Of a stretch of 64,000 nucleotides of DNA, positions 1 through 13,985 are shown piece after piece. How positions within the stretch are numbered: position 1 is the stretch's first letter; each line of letters starts with the position of its first letter. This DNA comes from Octopus sinensis (Eukaryota), in assembly GCF_006345805.1 (NCBI RefSeq), contig NC_043002.1, positions 113,522,001 through 113,586,000 of the forward strand, read 5' to 3'. The position numbers and the translations under genes were made by a program. The notes beneath the pieces are model-generated. The model saw nothing but the letters and a program-made list of their open reading frames with translations. It did not search any database and was not told the DNA's origin.

Positions 1-1500
1 ATATCGTCTATTTGGAAGTTTTGTGTAATGTTCTTTGAAGATTTCTGCTGTAGGAATATTTTTAATTCTAGATGTTAATTGTTCATTCGTGGCATTTATT
101 GCCACTAATAGTAACTTGTGCTATATTTTTTTCCGGGACTGGAGGGGAGGGATGATTTTCCTGGGCTGGGCGGAGGGGATGTACGTGGGGAAGGGATATC
201 GGGACTGGAGGATGGGGATTGGAGTAAGAGAGAGGGGAGTTTATCAGGGTTGGAAGGAGGGGATATTGGTGTTTTTTTTTGGTGAATAGTGGTGGGGAGA
301 GGTAGTTTGAGTTTCGTGTGTGTATGTTGAGGGAGCTTTTTTCTTGTTCGAGCTGGATGTTGAGGGGGTGGGATTTGGGTCCTTCCTTTTGGTTAAATTC
401 TTCCTTTTTAATGTAGAGCATCCGTCTTCACTCCCAGCTGGTTGAGTGTTTTCATTGCTGGTCGGTCTTCTGTGTCTCTGTCTCTTCTGCGTCCTCTTTT
501 TGGGCCGTCTCCACCTTACGAGTAGGACAGTTTGCCCGAATGTGGCCTTTCTCTCCACATTCGAAATACCGGGGTCTTCTCCTTTCCACCATTACCCGTA
601 AGGTGGTTTCTTCTCCGAGGTGTATGTTCTCTACGATCTTTTCCAGGGTCTGTGGCGCCGCTTGGATAATGACCTCGAGGCCTTGCTCCTTCCAGTTCTG
701 CTGGTGTATTATCGTTATTTCTTCTTCTATCCCTATTAGTAGGGCTGGGAGTAGCCAGGAAACGTTTATTTCTGGCGGGATCTCGTCTATCGTGATTTTT
801 TATATGCGCCTGCCTAAGTATGTTGGCAGCAACACAATGTCCGTGGTTCTCAAAGGTTGTACTGAGTATGTTTTTGCTTTCTCTTCACTTTTGAAATACA
901 CTACTATAGTGGCAAATTGTTTGCCTCTGGTCAGATATTCTATGTCCTGCCATATCGGCTGTAGACATTTTTCTATAGCTTCTTTTGGTGCTTCGTCTAG
1001 TTTCTTTTCCTTTACAAGAATTTTGAATGCGACTTTTTTTTTTGCTGTTTTTTCTATAATTTCACTCGGGAGGGTGGCCTTTACGTCATATCCCTCCTTT
1101 GAAAACATGTTTTGGTGCTGCATTGGAACATTTTTGTCAATACATAGTTTCTTTTTTCACTCCAGCCACAACTGCAAAATTAATCTTTTTTGCCGGTTCG
1201 ACAAGTTTTTCTGCCGTCAGCATACTTAATATTCCACAGTTCTTTTCACAGTTTTTTTCTTTTCCCTCTACAGGGGAAGTATTCATTTTCAAAAAAATAA
1301 ATTGTGGAAAAACGCCACAAAAAATGGATAATTTCCCCTCACAAGGGGGAATAAAAGTTCACTCTCTGTGCCATACGCATAATGGTATTACTAACAACAC
1401 AAAGAAAAGAATGCAACAACAACAATTTCAACAACAATTCCAACACTAACCTTGAAGCAAAAATACACCACTGAATTAATCACCAGTAACAAAACCGCAA
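1..1500 (-). mobile_element. Decayed ORF1 (gag-like, zinc knuckle) and 5' region of an L1/Tx1-like non-LTR retrotransposon
   Basis: Reading through the in-frame TAA after PTYLGRRI (ORF 800..1123) gives KITIDEIPPEINVSW...LRVMVERRRPRYFECGEKGHIRANCP, a CX2CX4HX4C knuckle with the first C mutated to Y (527..568). A low-complexity Pro/Ser/Lys tail follows. Boundaries approximate. Confidence 0.7.
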
Positions 1501-1654
1501 GCGTTTCGCCTCAAATAATACAATATCACATAAGCATTTTATAATGTCTCTTTCTTTTCTGGAAATTCACCGTGTACCAGCAGCTGATGGCTCACGGACT
1601 GGCACCGGTCCGCAGACCACCACTTTAAGTAGCATTGCAATAGAGTTCATTATG

Positions 1655-2035
1655 TAAGTCCTCGTTTATTTTGTCCGTCTTCATGTTCTGAGTTCAAATT
1701 CCGCCGTGGTCGACTTTGCCTTTCATCCTTTCGGGGTCGATAAATTAAGTACCGGTGAAGCACCGGGGCCGAAGTAATCTACTATCCTCTCCCCAAAAAT
1801 GTCAGGCCTTGTACCTTTAGTAGAAAGGATTATTTAAGTCCTCGTTACCACGCCAGACAAAATGCTTAGCGGAATTTCTTTCAGCTGTGTTCAAATTCTG
1901 CCGAAGTCAACTTTGCCGTTCATTCTTTAGAAGTCGATATAATATGTACTAGTTGAGTACTTGAGGTCGATGTAATCGACTAACATCTTCCCCAAAAGTT
2001 TCAAGCATGGTGCCTCTAGTAGGAAGAATTATATA
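1655..2035 (+). mobile_element. Two consecutive partial SINE family A units
   Basis: gttctgagttcaaattccgccg..gtcgactttgcctttcatcctttcggggtcgataaattaagtacc core, shared with more than 10 other copies in the window. Confidence 0.8.
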
Positions 2036-2486
2036 AGTCCTTGCCTGTTTTAGTGATTTCCATATAACTACGCCTTTGGGCAAATTGGTTTCTGTTTAAT
2101 TAAAACAATTTCTTATTTTGTTTTTCATTTACGTTTTTGCAAAACGTGAGTAGATTGTAGGGTACCATTAAAAGTTAATTATAGTGTTTAGAGAGATTAT
2201 AATCTGTCCTATCTTTCAACCTGGCCTTCAAATGCATTTTTATACAAGATAGTAAGAAAGGCTGTTTATTGTAGACATGAAATTAGGACATTTATCAGCT
2301 GTTTATCGTTGATATGAAATTAGGAAATGGAAAGATTTTGTGTGCTCCCAAGGAATTGACAAATTTCAAGGGAGTGATACGGGAGTGCTGAGTTTAGAGG
2401 GGTCGTGATTTTACTTATAATACTTTGAACACAATTTAAAAAGAAAATCTTTGACAGGAGTAAAAAATATGGATTTCGATAAAATA

Positions 2487-3777
2487 TTAGGTCGTCAAGT
2501 ATGAAATTTGTAGAAAAGAAAAAAAATTGCTAATGTTTTATAAATACAAGGAATAGTTTTATTCATCAAAGTATGCACCCATGTTGTCAATACATTTTTG
2601 CCATTTCAATGGTAGCTTGTGCATCCCGGAACTATAATTGCCTGGCAATCTAGAGTTAATAAAATCTTAGAAGACGTGTTTTACAGCATCGTCGGAATTA
2701 ATTTGTTTTCCTTATCAAAAAATTTATCCAAATTCTGGAAGAAGTGGTAGTCAGTGGGAGCAAGATAAGATGAATATGGTGCATAATAGAGAACTTCCAA
2801 CTCCAACTCCTGTAGTTTCGCCAATGTCATTTTTGTGATGTGTGGTCTGGCGTTGTCTTGCAATAAAATAGGGGTGGATCTGTTGACTAATCTAGGCCGT
2901 TTTTTTTTTTGTAAGTTTCTGCATCATTTGGTCCAGTTGGTTGCAGTATACTTCGGCCATGATTGATGAGCCAGGTTTAATGAAATCATAATGGATCACA
3001 CCTGCGCCAGACCACCAAACACACACCATCAGCTTCTTTTGATGAATTTTTCTTTTTGGACAGTGTTTTGGTGGCTCGTCTTTGTCCAACCATTGTGCTG
3101 AACGTTTACGGTTGTTGTATTGAATCCATTTCTCATTGCATGTTGCAATTCGATTCAAAAAGGATTCATTTTTGTGACGAGAAAGTAGCATAATGTGGGT
3201 TTCCGAACGTTGTTGTTTCTGATTTTCATTGAGTTCATGTGGAACCTACTTATTCAACTTTTTCACTTTACCGATTGGAACTAGATGAGTCAATATTGTT
3301 TGCTTGCTAACACCAAACAACAACGATAATTCACGGGCACTCTGAGATGGATCTAACTCAACAGTGGCTTTCAGTCCGTCATCATCCATCTTTGTTTCTG
3401 GTCGACCGCGTTGCTCATCTGTGAGGTCAAAGTTAACTGAATGAAATTTTGCAAACCAATTTGATACTGACTGCTGTGTAATAACATTAGAATGAAATAC
3501 TCCATAAATATTCCGAGCTGTCTGTGATGCTATATTTCCAAGAAAGAACTCATATTTCGAAACTATACGAATTTCCGACTTATCCATCTCTAAACAAAAA
3601 TAGGAAAGAAACGATTTATAAATATTTATCAAGCGTAAAATGAGTTAGAATAAGGAAATAGATGTGCCAGCTTTCTAACAAAAAATAAAGCTTGTCAAAA
3701 TATAATCATAGCGCAAAATGAGCAGCTGTCAATGTTTACCATATACCTTACTACAAATTTCGTATTTGACGACCTAA
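2487..3777 (-). mobile_element. Full-length decayed mariner DNA transposon (DD34D type)
   Basis: 27-bp TIRs ttaggtcgtcaagtatgaaatttgtag (2487..2513) and ctacaaatttcgtatttgacgacctaa (3751..3777) with 2 mismatches; TA on the left. Three ORF pieces give MDKSEIR..HTH..WVPHEL..TCNEKW..QDNARPH..LAPTDYHFF. The first catalytic D is mutated to N, with stops and frameshifts. Confidence 0.95.
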
Positions 3778-3904
3778 GTACCAGACAGAAACAAATATGA
3801 GTGTCTAAATACTTGAAGGTGGTGCTACAGCTTGCCTCCAGTCTCGTGATTAAACCAATAATAAAATATCAAAATACCTCACAGCTCTGTAATTCTACCT
3901 TCCT

Positions 3905-3942
3905 CCCTCTCTTTCTTTATCTCTCTCTCTTTCTCTCTCTCT

Positions 3943-3983
<41 letters not shown>

Positions 3984-4184
3984 ATACGTATACAAACGTT
4001 TCTGCATACACGCACGCGAGCAACAGGCTTCTTTCATTTTCCGTCTATCAAATCTACTCACAAGGTTTTGGTCTGTCCAGGGATATATAGTAACAGACAC
4101 TTGCTCGATGTGCCAATCAGTCATATTGAACCCGGAAACATTTGGTTGGGAGGGAAACTCCTTACCACACAACCACCCCTGCTC

Positions 4185-4220
<36 letters not shown>

Positions 4221-4388
4221 ATATATGTAGGTATGTATAAATATATATATATATGTATGTATGTATCTATACATATATATAATATATATATATATTTATA
4301 TATGTATATATTTATATGTGCGTGTGTTTATAAATATATATAAATACATACATATGTATGTATATACATATACATATATGTATATACG

Positions 4389-4461
<73 letters not shown>

Positions 4462-4480
4462 GCGTGTGTGTGTGTTGGTG
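3905..4480. repeat. (CT)n, SINE family B 5' half (4005..4185, minus) and compound (TG)n/(TA)n/(CATA)n microsatellite
   Basis: Directly visible; reverse complement of the family B head (..acaaggttttggtc..gaacccggaaac..cttaccacac). Confidence 0.8.
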
Positions 4481-5690
4481 GGCTTTGTTTTACAATACCT
4501 TTGCAATGACAATCATTATCTTTGTGAAAACTGACGGTTTAGTTAAAGATAACTTTTCCCATCACTAGCCATTCATAAAGGCGACCATCTCCCCCAAAAC
4601 TAAAAGAATTTGACTGTTGTTTATATAAGTGATGAAAATACACGAGATATCCTTCCACCAAATCACTTGTGATCGCAAACGTCAAGAATGTACATATATA
4701 TATATTATTGTTCTGCAAGTTAACGCTTTCTTTATAACAATTGCGACAGCTGTGGACTGTAAAAGTTGTTTTATCTTAATTACTGAACTTCGTTGTCTTC
4801 GTCATCGCCGACATGATTTACTAGATTTAGTACGATCAACATGATATAAGTCGTAGCTTCCAGATAGAGAATCTGTGGAATTTTGCTTCGTTCCTTGTTA
4901 TCTTTAATGAATTCTGTAGACTTCGTTATGTCTAAGTAGAGTAGTTACGTACTTACATTGTTTTCGCATTCACGGCGGTGAGATAAGGAAGGGTAGAAGA
5001 CCGAATTGCTAAGTATATCAGAAATCACGCCAAAACTGTTGACCGCGAATGCTTTAATAGACGGAGTAAATTATTCACATTACTCGACTAATCTTATTTC
5101 ATTTCATTAGCAATACTTTCTTTCAGTTATTCTACAACAAAGAATAAATCACGAATATTCTAAAGACTGCTTTTATTTATCTATCCATGTCTTATAATAA
5201 AGTACATTGATTTGGTGTATGTCCGTGTTATCCTCAGAAACAATAAAATGAACAGTTACAAACCGCGTGCGTGTGTATGTGTGTGTGTGTGTGCGCGTGC
5301 GTGTGCGTGTGTGTGTATGTGTGTGTGTGTGTGAAATCGTTAAATCAGACACTACATTTTTTTTTTAAATAAGTACATTCGACTAAAAAATTCTTCAAGG
5401 TGGTGCACCAGAATGGCCGCAGTCTAATGACTTAACCAAGTGAACGATAAAAGATACTTATTTCTTTTAAGCATAGCACTTATTCTATCGGTTTCTTTTA
5501 TAGAGTAGGTTACTCTGTAAGTAGATAATATATGTAAACGTAGGAAATGAAGAATGGGTGATAGAGAGAATTTAAGCAAAACGCACCATCTTTCATTATA
5601 AAAGATAGTAAGCTATCATTGTTTCCATGTCATCAACGCAACAAACCAATTGTAGCTTCCACTATCTTTTTTAAATAGTCTACATATTCA

Positions 5691-6072
5691 ATGTGGAGGC
5701 GCAATAACCCAGTGGTTAGGGCAGCGGACTCGCGGTCATAGGATCGCGGTTTCGATTCCCAGACCGGGCGCTGTGAGTGTTTATTGAGTGAAAACATATA
5801 AAGCTCCACGAGGCTCCGACAGGGGGTTGTGGCGAACCCTGGTGTACTCTTTCACCACAACTTTTTCTCACTCTTTCTTCCTGTTTCTGTTCTACCTGTA
5901 TCTCAAAGGGCCAGCCTTGTCACTCTCTGTGTCACGCTGAATCTCCCTGAGAACTACATTAAGGGTACACGTGTCTGTGGAGTGCTCAGCCACTTTCACG
6001 TTAATTTCATGAGCAAGCTGTTCCGTTGATCGGATCAACTGGAACCCTCGTCGTCGCAACCGACGGAGTGCC
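5691..6072 (+). mobile_element. SINE family C, full length, with TSD
   Basis: tRNA-like A box (taacccagtggttagg) and B box (ggtttcgattcc); 3' end gatcaactggaaccctcgtcgtcg..gacggagtgcc; TSD acatattca at 5682..5690 and 6073..6081. Confidence 0.9.
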
Positions 6073-7108
6073 ACATATTCACTATCAAAGAGCATCTTCT
6101 AATAACATTACTTCAGAATATATGAACTCATCATAAATATTTTTCCAATTTCTATGGACGAATGTTTCTGTAAACGTAAACATGATTATCATTAAAAAAA
6201 GCCACCCAAATTATTAACATGAAAATAGCTCGCCGCCATACCTTTGGTCTACAAACGTGTTATGTCCACTCTCTACCACGAAACTGGCTGGTCACGTTCC
6301 TTCTTTTACTCTAGCTCTCTCAACTCAGTTGTCTCTCCCCCTCATCGAAGCCATTTTGTGTCCGCCATCTCCACTGACTTTGCATTAACCACTCTGCCCA
6401 CTTCATCCCAAGAGAACGCCGTTCCTCTAGATTTCTGTACAAAGCAGAGATCCCAAAATATATCCCCCAAAAAAGCAAAACAGAATCTAATATATGTATA
6501 AACGCATACCTGAGTGAACAATTTATTTAGCAATGTCTATGTTTTGTTCTTTCAACAATATAGTATTACTCATTATCATTTTAAGTAAGAATTCGGATTA
6601 ATCTCTTACATTATCTGCACTTCCCTAACATTCTTTTTGATCGCATTACCTGTTATCACAACAGGCTTCTCTTTATCTCACTTAACCTCAGAGATCGTAT
6701 TTACAGTAAATGAACTTGTCGTACCATAGTAAGAATGCCCCTTTTATCTAAACTTTAAGAAATAGAAGCAGGCTTTATGACACTGGAAATGACATAAATC
6801 GCACGAAGCTGAAATTTTGTCAACGAAAAATACTAGGTTATTTTTATATTGTTAAATACCATCTCTGACTGACCTCAAATAACAATAGCTCACAGTTCTC
6901 AATGCCAGGAGATAGATTGTTGCTTTTTACCTTTTAGAACTGCGCCTTTGTAACGTCTTTTTATCGGAATTTGATCTCGGGCACAGAAAGCTGAAACAAA
7001 TACCGCTAGACACTTGCTTACGGCTTTACAGATTTGCCGTGTGTTATACGTGAATTGTAACAGTTTTGTAATGCACATCAGTATAGTACTGTGTATTAAG
7101 TATGTCTT

Positions 7109-7590
<482 letters not shown>

Positions 7591-8579
7591 CTTTCTTTTA
7601 TTTAAAAGAAATAGGTATAAGTAATCTGTGCAGCTGCATACTCATAACGAGTGGTAGAATGCAGTTAAACAAAGAATGTAAATCGTTCAAGATGAAGGAT
7701 TTTGTTTTGGTTATGGCACTTTTATTTGATCTGGATCCAATTGCTAATGTTTTAACCCAGGTCAATATTGATCGTGAAAACTTTAGTCAAAGATGTTCCA
7801 ACAGTAACCGTTTTGTCTTTTTACGAGTATCCCCGACTAGATTATATGACGTCTTATATTTCTTTCTATTTTAGGACAGTGGTCTGAGAGGGACTTAGCT
7901 GCTATTTCTGGTAGGTCGAGCAGCTGTGTAGCAGGTATATCAGAGGTGAATCACAACGTAAAGTGAACCTGCATCGTTACACCTCTAACGGTAATGAATC
8001 CTTAATCATACAAATTAGTAGGTATTTTTTTATATTAAATAACTGTTATGACCTTGACATAAACTTTTTTCTTTTTCCTTTTTTTTTTTGCATATGGTTT
8101 TATAGAGATTATGTCGTTGGGCATTTTCATTTGCAAATGAAGACCTGATCCAATTGTTCGCAAGGATGTGAATTTCACTAAAGGCATGCATGCAAGGTGG
8201 ATATAAAACGGGCGATGAATTGAGTCTGTTACGCCATAACTCAAACGCAAAGAGTTGAAGCAAATACTGAAAGGTAACCCTTCTGATGCTCCAACACTCT
8301 CGACAAATCCATTGGATGGAATATTAGTTTGTTTGTTTTTTCATTTAATTGAACTCAAAGAGTGATGGGTAAAGTAGTACTAGGTGGAATTTGAACTCAG
8401 AGCGCAGGAAACCGGAACAAATGCCCCTAGGTTTTTGTTCAACGGCTTTACCAATTCGCAGTATTTTATACGAGTTGTAACAGTTTTGTAAAATATATCA
8501 GTATAGTATTATGTATTGTAGTGTATATTCGTGAAGTATGACGATATGGTCATTTAGTGTACAGTCATGTAATATTTTT

Positions 8580-8735
8580 TTCTACCATAGGCACAAGACC
8601 TAAAATTAGTATTTGACTGGTACCTTATTTTATCGACAACAAAGTCGACTTCAGCGGAATTGAACACAAAAAGAAAGGATCTGGAAGAAATGCCGTTAAG
8701 TATTTTGTCCGGTATGTTAACGGTCCTGTCAATTG
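8580..8735 (-). mobile_element. SINE family A, diverged
   Basis: Reverse complement of the family A core (ggtaccttattttatcgac..aaagtcgacttcagcggaattgaac). Confidence 0.7.
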
Positions 8736-9012
8736 TACTGTAATAATGGGAATGAATGTTAAAACATTTACCATCTAAATCCTGGAGCATGGTTTCAGAC
8801 TTTTTTTAGCAAATGAAATAATTTGCTAGGCGAAGTCTTCTTCAGCAAGTACACCTTAGATTAAACATATATACACTATGCAATCCAGTATATGCCTCGA
8901 GCTTATACATTCTAATTTTTTTAATTTATCGCGCAAGCGCAGCACCTTGTAGGCAGTAAATAAAAATGCCGGCTTTTCAATTCGAAAATTATCCAGAAAA
9001 AAATTAATCAAT

Positions 9013-9311
9013 AATTAATAATATCAAGGGTAATAAGAAATATTAAGAATTTCTACTACCAGTGGCCTAGCGTGTAAAAATTTAGTCAACAGACTATATA
9101 TTATTCATATAAATACAGAGTGCATTTAAACACATAAGAGGCATCCATCATAGGACTCCCTGCACTTTAGACAGAACAGTTAAATTCCAAACCACTATTA
9201 GGGATAAAACTTCGAAGGGAATGAAAAATAAAAACACTTACCATCTAAATCCTATTACCCTTGGTAAAAATATTTACCATCTAAATCTTATTACCCTTGA
9301 TATTATTAATT
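9013..9311. mobile_element. Candidate MITE with 26-bp terminal inverted repeats
   Basis: aattaataatatcaagggtaataaga (9013..9038) is the exact reverse complement of 9286..9311; internal 35-bp tandem duplication near the right end. Superfamily not assigned. Confidence 0.45.
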
Positions 9312-10219
9312 TACAAATGAATTTACAAGCATGATAGTTCTAGTAGCTGTCCCTGGCAGATTTGACTGAGGAAATTCGGGCAGATTTGACGGAGGAGACT
9401 TTGGTGCTAACTTCGAAATCATGATATCAAATTAACCAGCATTCCTCCTGCATCCTTGGCGGAGGTAAGATGTTATACTTGTTCACTAATTTTTTTCTTG
9501 TCTCATGCCTGTATTATTATAGTGATCCTTCTGTAGCTCAGAAGTATTTTCACTTGTATTTTTGACGACGCGGGTGCATATGTAGTACCCTATATATATA
9601 CATATATTATAAATATTGTGTGTGTGAGTCTATAGGATGGGTGCGGGTGTTTGTGCGTTACTTCTTATTTCTCGTTTCCTGTCCTCAGGCAATTGATTCT
9701 ATGAGGCTGTGTTCCGGTCACGTACATAATAACTTGACGGTAATTCCTGGACCCCATATATGGGTATACAACAACGTCTGAACAAATACAAAATTAATAA
9801 AAGCTTATAAAATTTCTATAGAGCAACATCTGTTGATAAGGTGATCTTCTTCAGATAATTTTTTAAATATATATATATAAATTCATATGGAAAATAGTAC
9901 AAGAGTTTTCTTGAAAAAATCCAGTGGTAAACTTTTCAGAACATCTGTGAAAAGTACAGGTCGGTAAATAAAAAGATATTTAAAAGAATTCGTGGTGCAA
10001 CAGTTTTAACACTGGATTTGTTTGTTTTTTTTAGATATATATTTAGGATATAAATAGTACATATTGTGTTTAGTTTGTGACTTTATCTAAAATGTTTCTA
10101 TAAAGGGAATCGGGTCACGTAAGGTACAGGGCAAGTGTAGGTCATATCATGGCCTATATTGTATGAGTGCTTATACTTTTTCGCGTTGGCATTGTAGTTT
10201 ACACTTACACAGACACATA

Positions 10220-10298
10220 CATAAACACATACACACATACACGTAAATGCATTTTATATATAAATATAAATACATATAAACATACATGTGTATATATA

Positions 10299-10341
<43 letters not shown>

Positions 10342-10556
10342 TATAATTTCATACATTTATATATACATATATATTTATATATTTTATATATATATATAAT
10401 TATATATAATTATAATTTTATACATATATATATATATATATTATATATATATATACATACATACATACACATATATATACATTTGTACAAACATATACAC
10501 ATGCACATATATTATATATATATACATATATACATATATACATATACATCATATAC

Positions 10557-10616
<60 letters not shown>

Positions 10617-10622
10617 GTATAT
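10220..10622. repeat. Compound (TA)n/(CA)n/(TATG)n microsatellite
   Basis: Directly visible. Confidence 0.95.
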
Positions 10623-10759
10623 TGTAAAAAACATAAATCCGAAAGAAGCACACTCTAAGATGCAGAGCAGGATATATTAAAAATGGGGAAGGCCTGTTTA
10701 TGGGATTACCTTTGGTCTTCTTAATGACCTGAAGCATATTTTGTAGGAATCGATACAGG

Positions 10760-12990
10760 TTTGGATGGTCTTGCCGTACGAACTTTATACTTCGATGCCA
10801 GGCTTGTTTGCGGGCCTCGTAGCAGACGCCTACTACAACTGGCAGTAGAATGAGAATGGGAGAATTCCCACTTTTGTCTGTCCAAGGTCGGTGACACTGC
10901 AAGGAAGGACCCAAACAAGGGGGACGTTATAGAGAATATTTGGCCCATCACTCTGCTCAATGCAGAGTTGAAGATTTTGGCCAAGGTGTTAGCCAAGAGG
11001 TTGGTGCTTGTCGTGAACAAGCTGGTTGGCGAGGCGCAAACATGCGCCATCCCAACCAGGACTATTCACGATAACCTCCATCTTATGCGCTACATCATAG
11101 AGAAGGTGGTAATGAAGCAGGCATGAATGGGGCTCTGATCAATTTAGATCAATCTAAAGCCTTCGATAGGGTGGACCATCAATACTTAGCAGCTGCCCTC
11201 AAGGCAGTCGGTTTCGGTCCAGTTTTCCGCAGTTAGATCGCTGCTTTGTACAGCGGCATCTGCTCGGTTGTTCGAGTGAATGGTCACCTGTCGGAGTCAT
11301 TCAGCATCATGCGTTCGGTCCGTCAAAATTGCCCATTCTACTACCTTCTGTATGGATTGCCCCTTGAGCCATTACTGCGGAAGTTGGAGGCTTTGGGGGG
11401 GGGGGGTGTCCCGCGTGATCTAGGATGTGGGAGAAGTGTGTCTGCTAAGGCTGATGATGTCACTGTCATAGTGTCGAGTCACAGGCATATAGACTTGTTT
11501 GGCGAAACAATACAAGAATATGAAGCGGTGACAGGAGCCAAAATTAACGCAGAAAAGTCAGTGGACTTGCAACTCGGCACCTCGAGGAGCAAGTCCATGC
11601 CGTCCTACAGCGTTATGGGTCGCTGGACAGACGGTCCCGTTAAGTTGCTCGGAGTCTGGTTTGGTCCGGTCTTCCAGGTGGAAAAAACTGGGACGAGGTG
11701 ACGAGCAGGGTAACCAATCTCACCCAGAAATAGGCCACGAGGAAGCTGACCCTGAAAGGTCGAGTGAAGGTGGCGAATGCGTACATCGCATCCGTCATCT
11801 ACTACCGCTTAACTGTCTGCTGGTTGACCAAGCTGGTGCACTTACTCTTCCGCCGCTTTCTATGGAAGGGGCACATTCCACTGGTCAGGCGTTCCATCTG
11901 CTGCCAACAGCCGTTGAATGGAGGGCTGGGCATATCATGGATACTGATGCGCAGACATGTGCTGAGGTTGTGGCATCTCAAGCGTTTCCTTGACGGTGAG
12001 CAGGTGTGGTCACCGTTTGTAAGAGACACTTTTCCACAGCTCTCTCTTTGAGTGAGCTGCAATCCTGGATTAGGCGTAGACTGAGAAGGGGCGCTTGGCA
12101 CCTCGAGTGCCGTCAAGTGTTCACAGCCCTCTACTAAGGCGGGCAATGCGGTCGGTAGCAGTTCCACTCTAGCGTTCTATAGAGGGATAGTGGAGGGAAA
12201 GTTCGACAACGTTCTCGGGGAAACTTTGGGCGTTGATGAAGATCAACTAACCAGTTTGTTTTGGGCCTGGACCTATAGATAACTTCCAGAAATCCCTTGC
12301 CTGGTAGTGGTACCATGAGACGCTGCCTATTCGGGATAAACTTTACAGACACGGAAGTGCTGTCAGAACGATGAAACCGTTCTGCACGCCCTAGTTCAGT
12401 TCCCGAGTATTGCTGACAAGTGGGTTTATGTCGAACATCTTCTGTCGCATGTAGGACAGATCTGGCTATCAGCTGAAACCATTGTGAAGATTGCCCCGCC
12501 ACCCTCTTTTAATCGGGAGGGAGCAGCCAATTTTTATTTGTGTAGTGGCTGTAGCGAAAGTGGTAGTATGGTGGACTCGTTTGAAAGAGCTAAAGACAGA
12601 CACTTTCCTCTTTGACCAAGCCCTCATCAACTTTTTCAAGGAAGCTGAGGGTAGAGAGGGAAGTGTTGCCTTGTAGCAAGTATGTTGAAAGGTGGGTGAA
12701 TGCTGGAAGAATGGCCAGTGTGAAAGGACCAATTCTGAGTCTGCACCTGTAAAAAGAAAAGGAGAATGGATCTTGCCCTGTTGATCAGGCACCCGTAGAT
12801 TTTGTGGGGTTTTCAACGATAACCTTAAAGCGCCTTCCCTATTGGAAGTTCTAATTTGTTTAATTTTTTATTGTTATTTATATTGCTTTCAGGCGGAAAA
12901 CCCATTGTATCGTCCTGTTTTTGTCTTTTATGTTGCTGTATGTCATTTAATGTTTTTATATGTGAGCCCTTGTGGCTAATAGAAGAATAA
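10760..12990 (+). mobile_element. 5'-truncated decayed L1/Tx1-clade LINE ORF2 (reverse transcriptase, C-terminal zinc region, 3' UTR)
   Basis: Hand translation: GLDGLPYELY..RKDPNKGD..WPITLLNAELKILAKVLAKRL..EAQTCAIPTRTIHDNL..LDQSKAFDRVDH..SVRQNCP..KADDVTV..VKLLGVWFGP..NGGLGI..QNDETVLHALVQ; many frameshifts. Confidence 0.93.
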
Positions 12991-13094
12991 ATTATTACAG
13001 CTGTGTGTGTGCGTCCGTGCGTGCGTGCGTGTGTGTGTGAGTATGTATTAACTAGCGACAAACGAAGTAGCATTGACTAAAATATATATGTGTA

Positions 13095-13410
13095 TCTCTT
13101 ATTATAAAAGGCAGATTTTATCTGCCTCCCTTTGGGAGTTATAGAAATCTACAATATAGGATTTCTTCAATTACAATTTACCTAGCATTTTTAAGAGTAC
13201 AATGCATCGCGTCATGCCAGGTCCAGTTTTTAAAATTTAAACTCCAATTAAGCAAAATTTACAGAAAACTCACATTCTGGTGTGTGTGTCAAATGCTTTT
13301 CTTAGTCTGGTTTACACCACACGCAAACGCACACACACAGTGTGCAACGAATAAAATGAAAGTAAATAGCGACAGAGGGATTTGAGGAAGACTAAACTGA
13401 AAGTATTTAA
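13095..13410 (+). mobile_element. Helitron-like non-autonomous family H-B, 5' part
   Basis: Starts A|TCTCTTATTATAAAAGGCAG; near-identical copies at 30910 and 32737. No 3' hairpin or CTAG found, so the class is inferred from the 5' TC and association with H-A. Confidence 0.55.
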
Positions 13411-13985
13411 ACCACTACTCAAAAAATAAAAAAACACAGCAAACAGAAACAAATAAATACATAACCATTTACTCCTCACACAATTTCTTCAATTAGAATT
13501 TACCTAAGATTTTTCAAAGTACTCCATTCGCTCATGCCATAATATATTTCTTTCAATTTCACCCCCAATTAATACAAAATTCGAGAAAACTCAATATTTT
13601 AACATATCACTCCGAAAGCATTGATGTACATGTGTGCGTGCGTGAGTGTGTGTGTGTGTCATTCCTCACACACACGCATACACATACATATACAACTACA
13701 TACAACTACATACACATACAACTACATACAAACACGTGTGCGTTTGTTATTAGTAAAAAAGGCGCCAAAACCCAACTCACTTATCATTCCAACACATTTG
13801 CAAAGACACACGGACGGATAGAAAAGGTAAATTGGTTTTTATTTTACTCTGTATATATTTTATTATATAATATTATATATAGATATATGTATATATAATT
13901 GCAGTATGGAACAGTGTTTATGTATAAACAGACGACACTTATATATAGTTATTATAATAAGAGATTAATAAATGTATGCATCCGT

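Noticed and set aside
4950-5100. Minus-strand first exon ending AAT|gtaagt
   Set aside because: A donor motif alone occurs by chance; no acceptor, ORF or promoter support.
5691-5770. tRNA genes in SINE heads (also 22000, 43226, 55965)
   Set aside because: A and B boxes are present, but there is no complete cloverleaf and each continues into a SINE body with TSDs.
8105-8275. Plus-strand exon with good polypyrimidine acceptor and aag|gtaacc donor
   Set aside because: Stops in all three frames; a non-coding exon cannot be supported without RNA data.
9805-9860. Minus-strand ttat-CTGAAGA..GAAA-tt-TT-ataa hammerhead candidate
   Set aside because: Stem II does not pair next to the core and there is no fold-back; at best degenerate.
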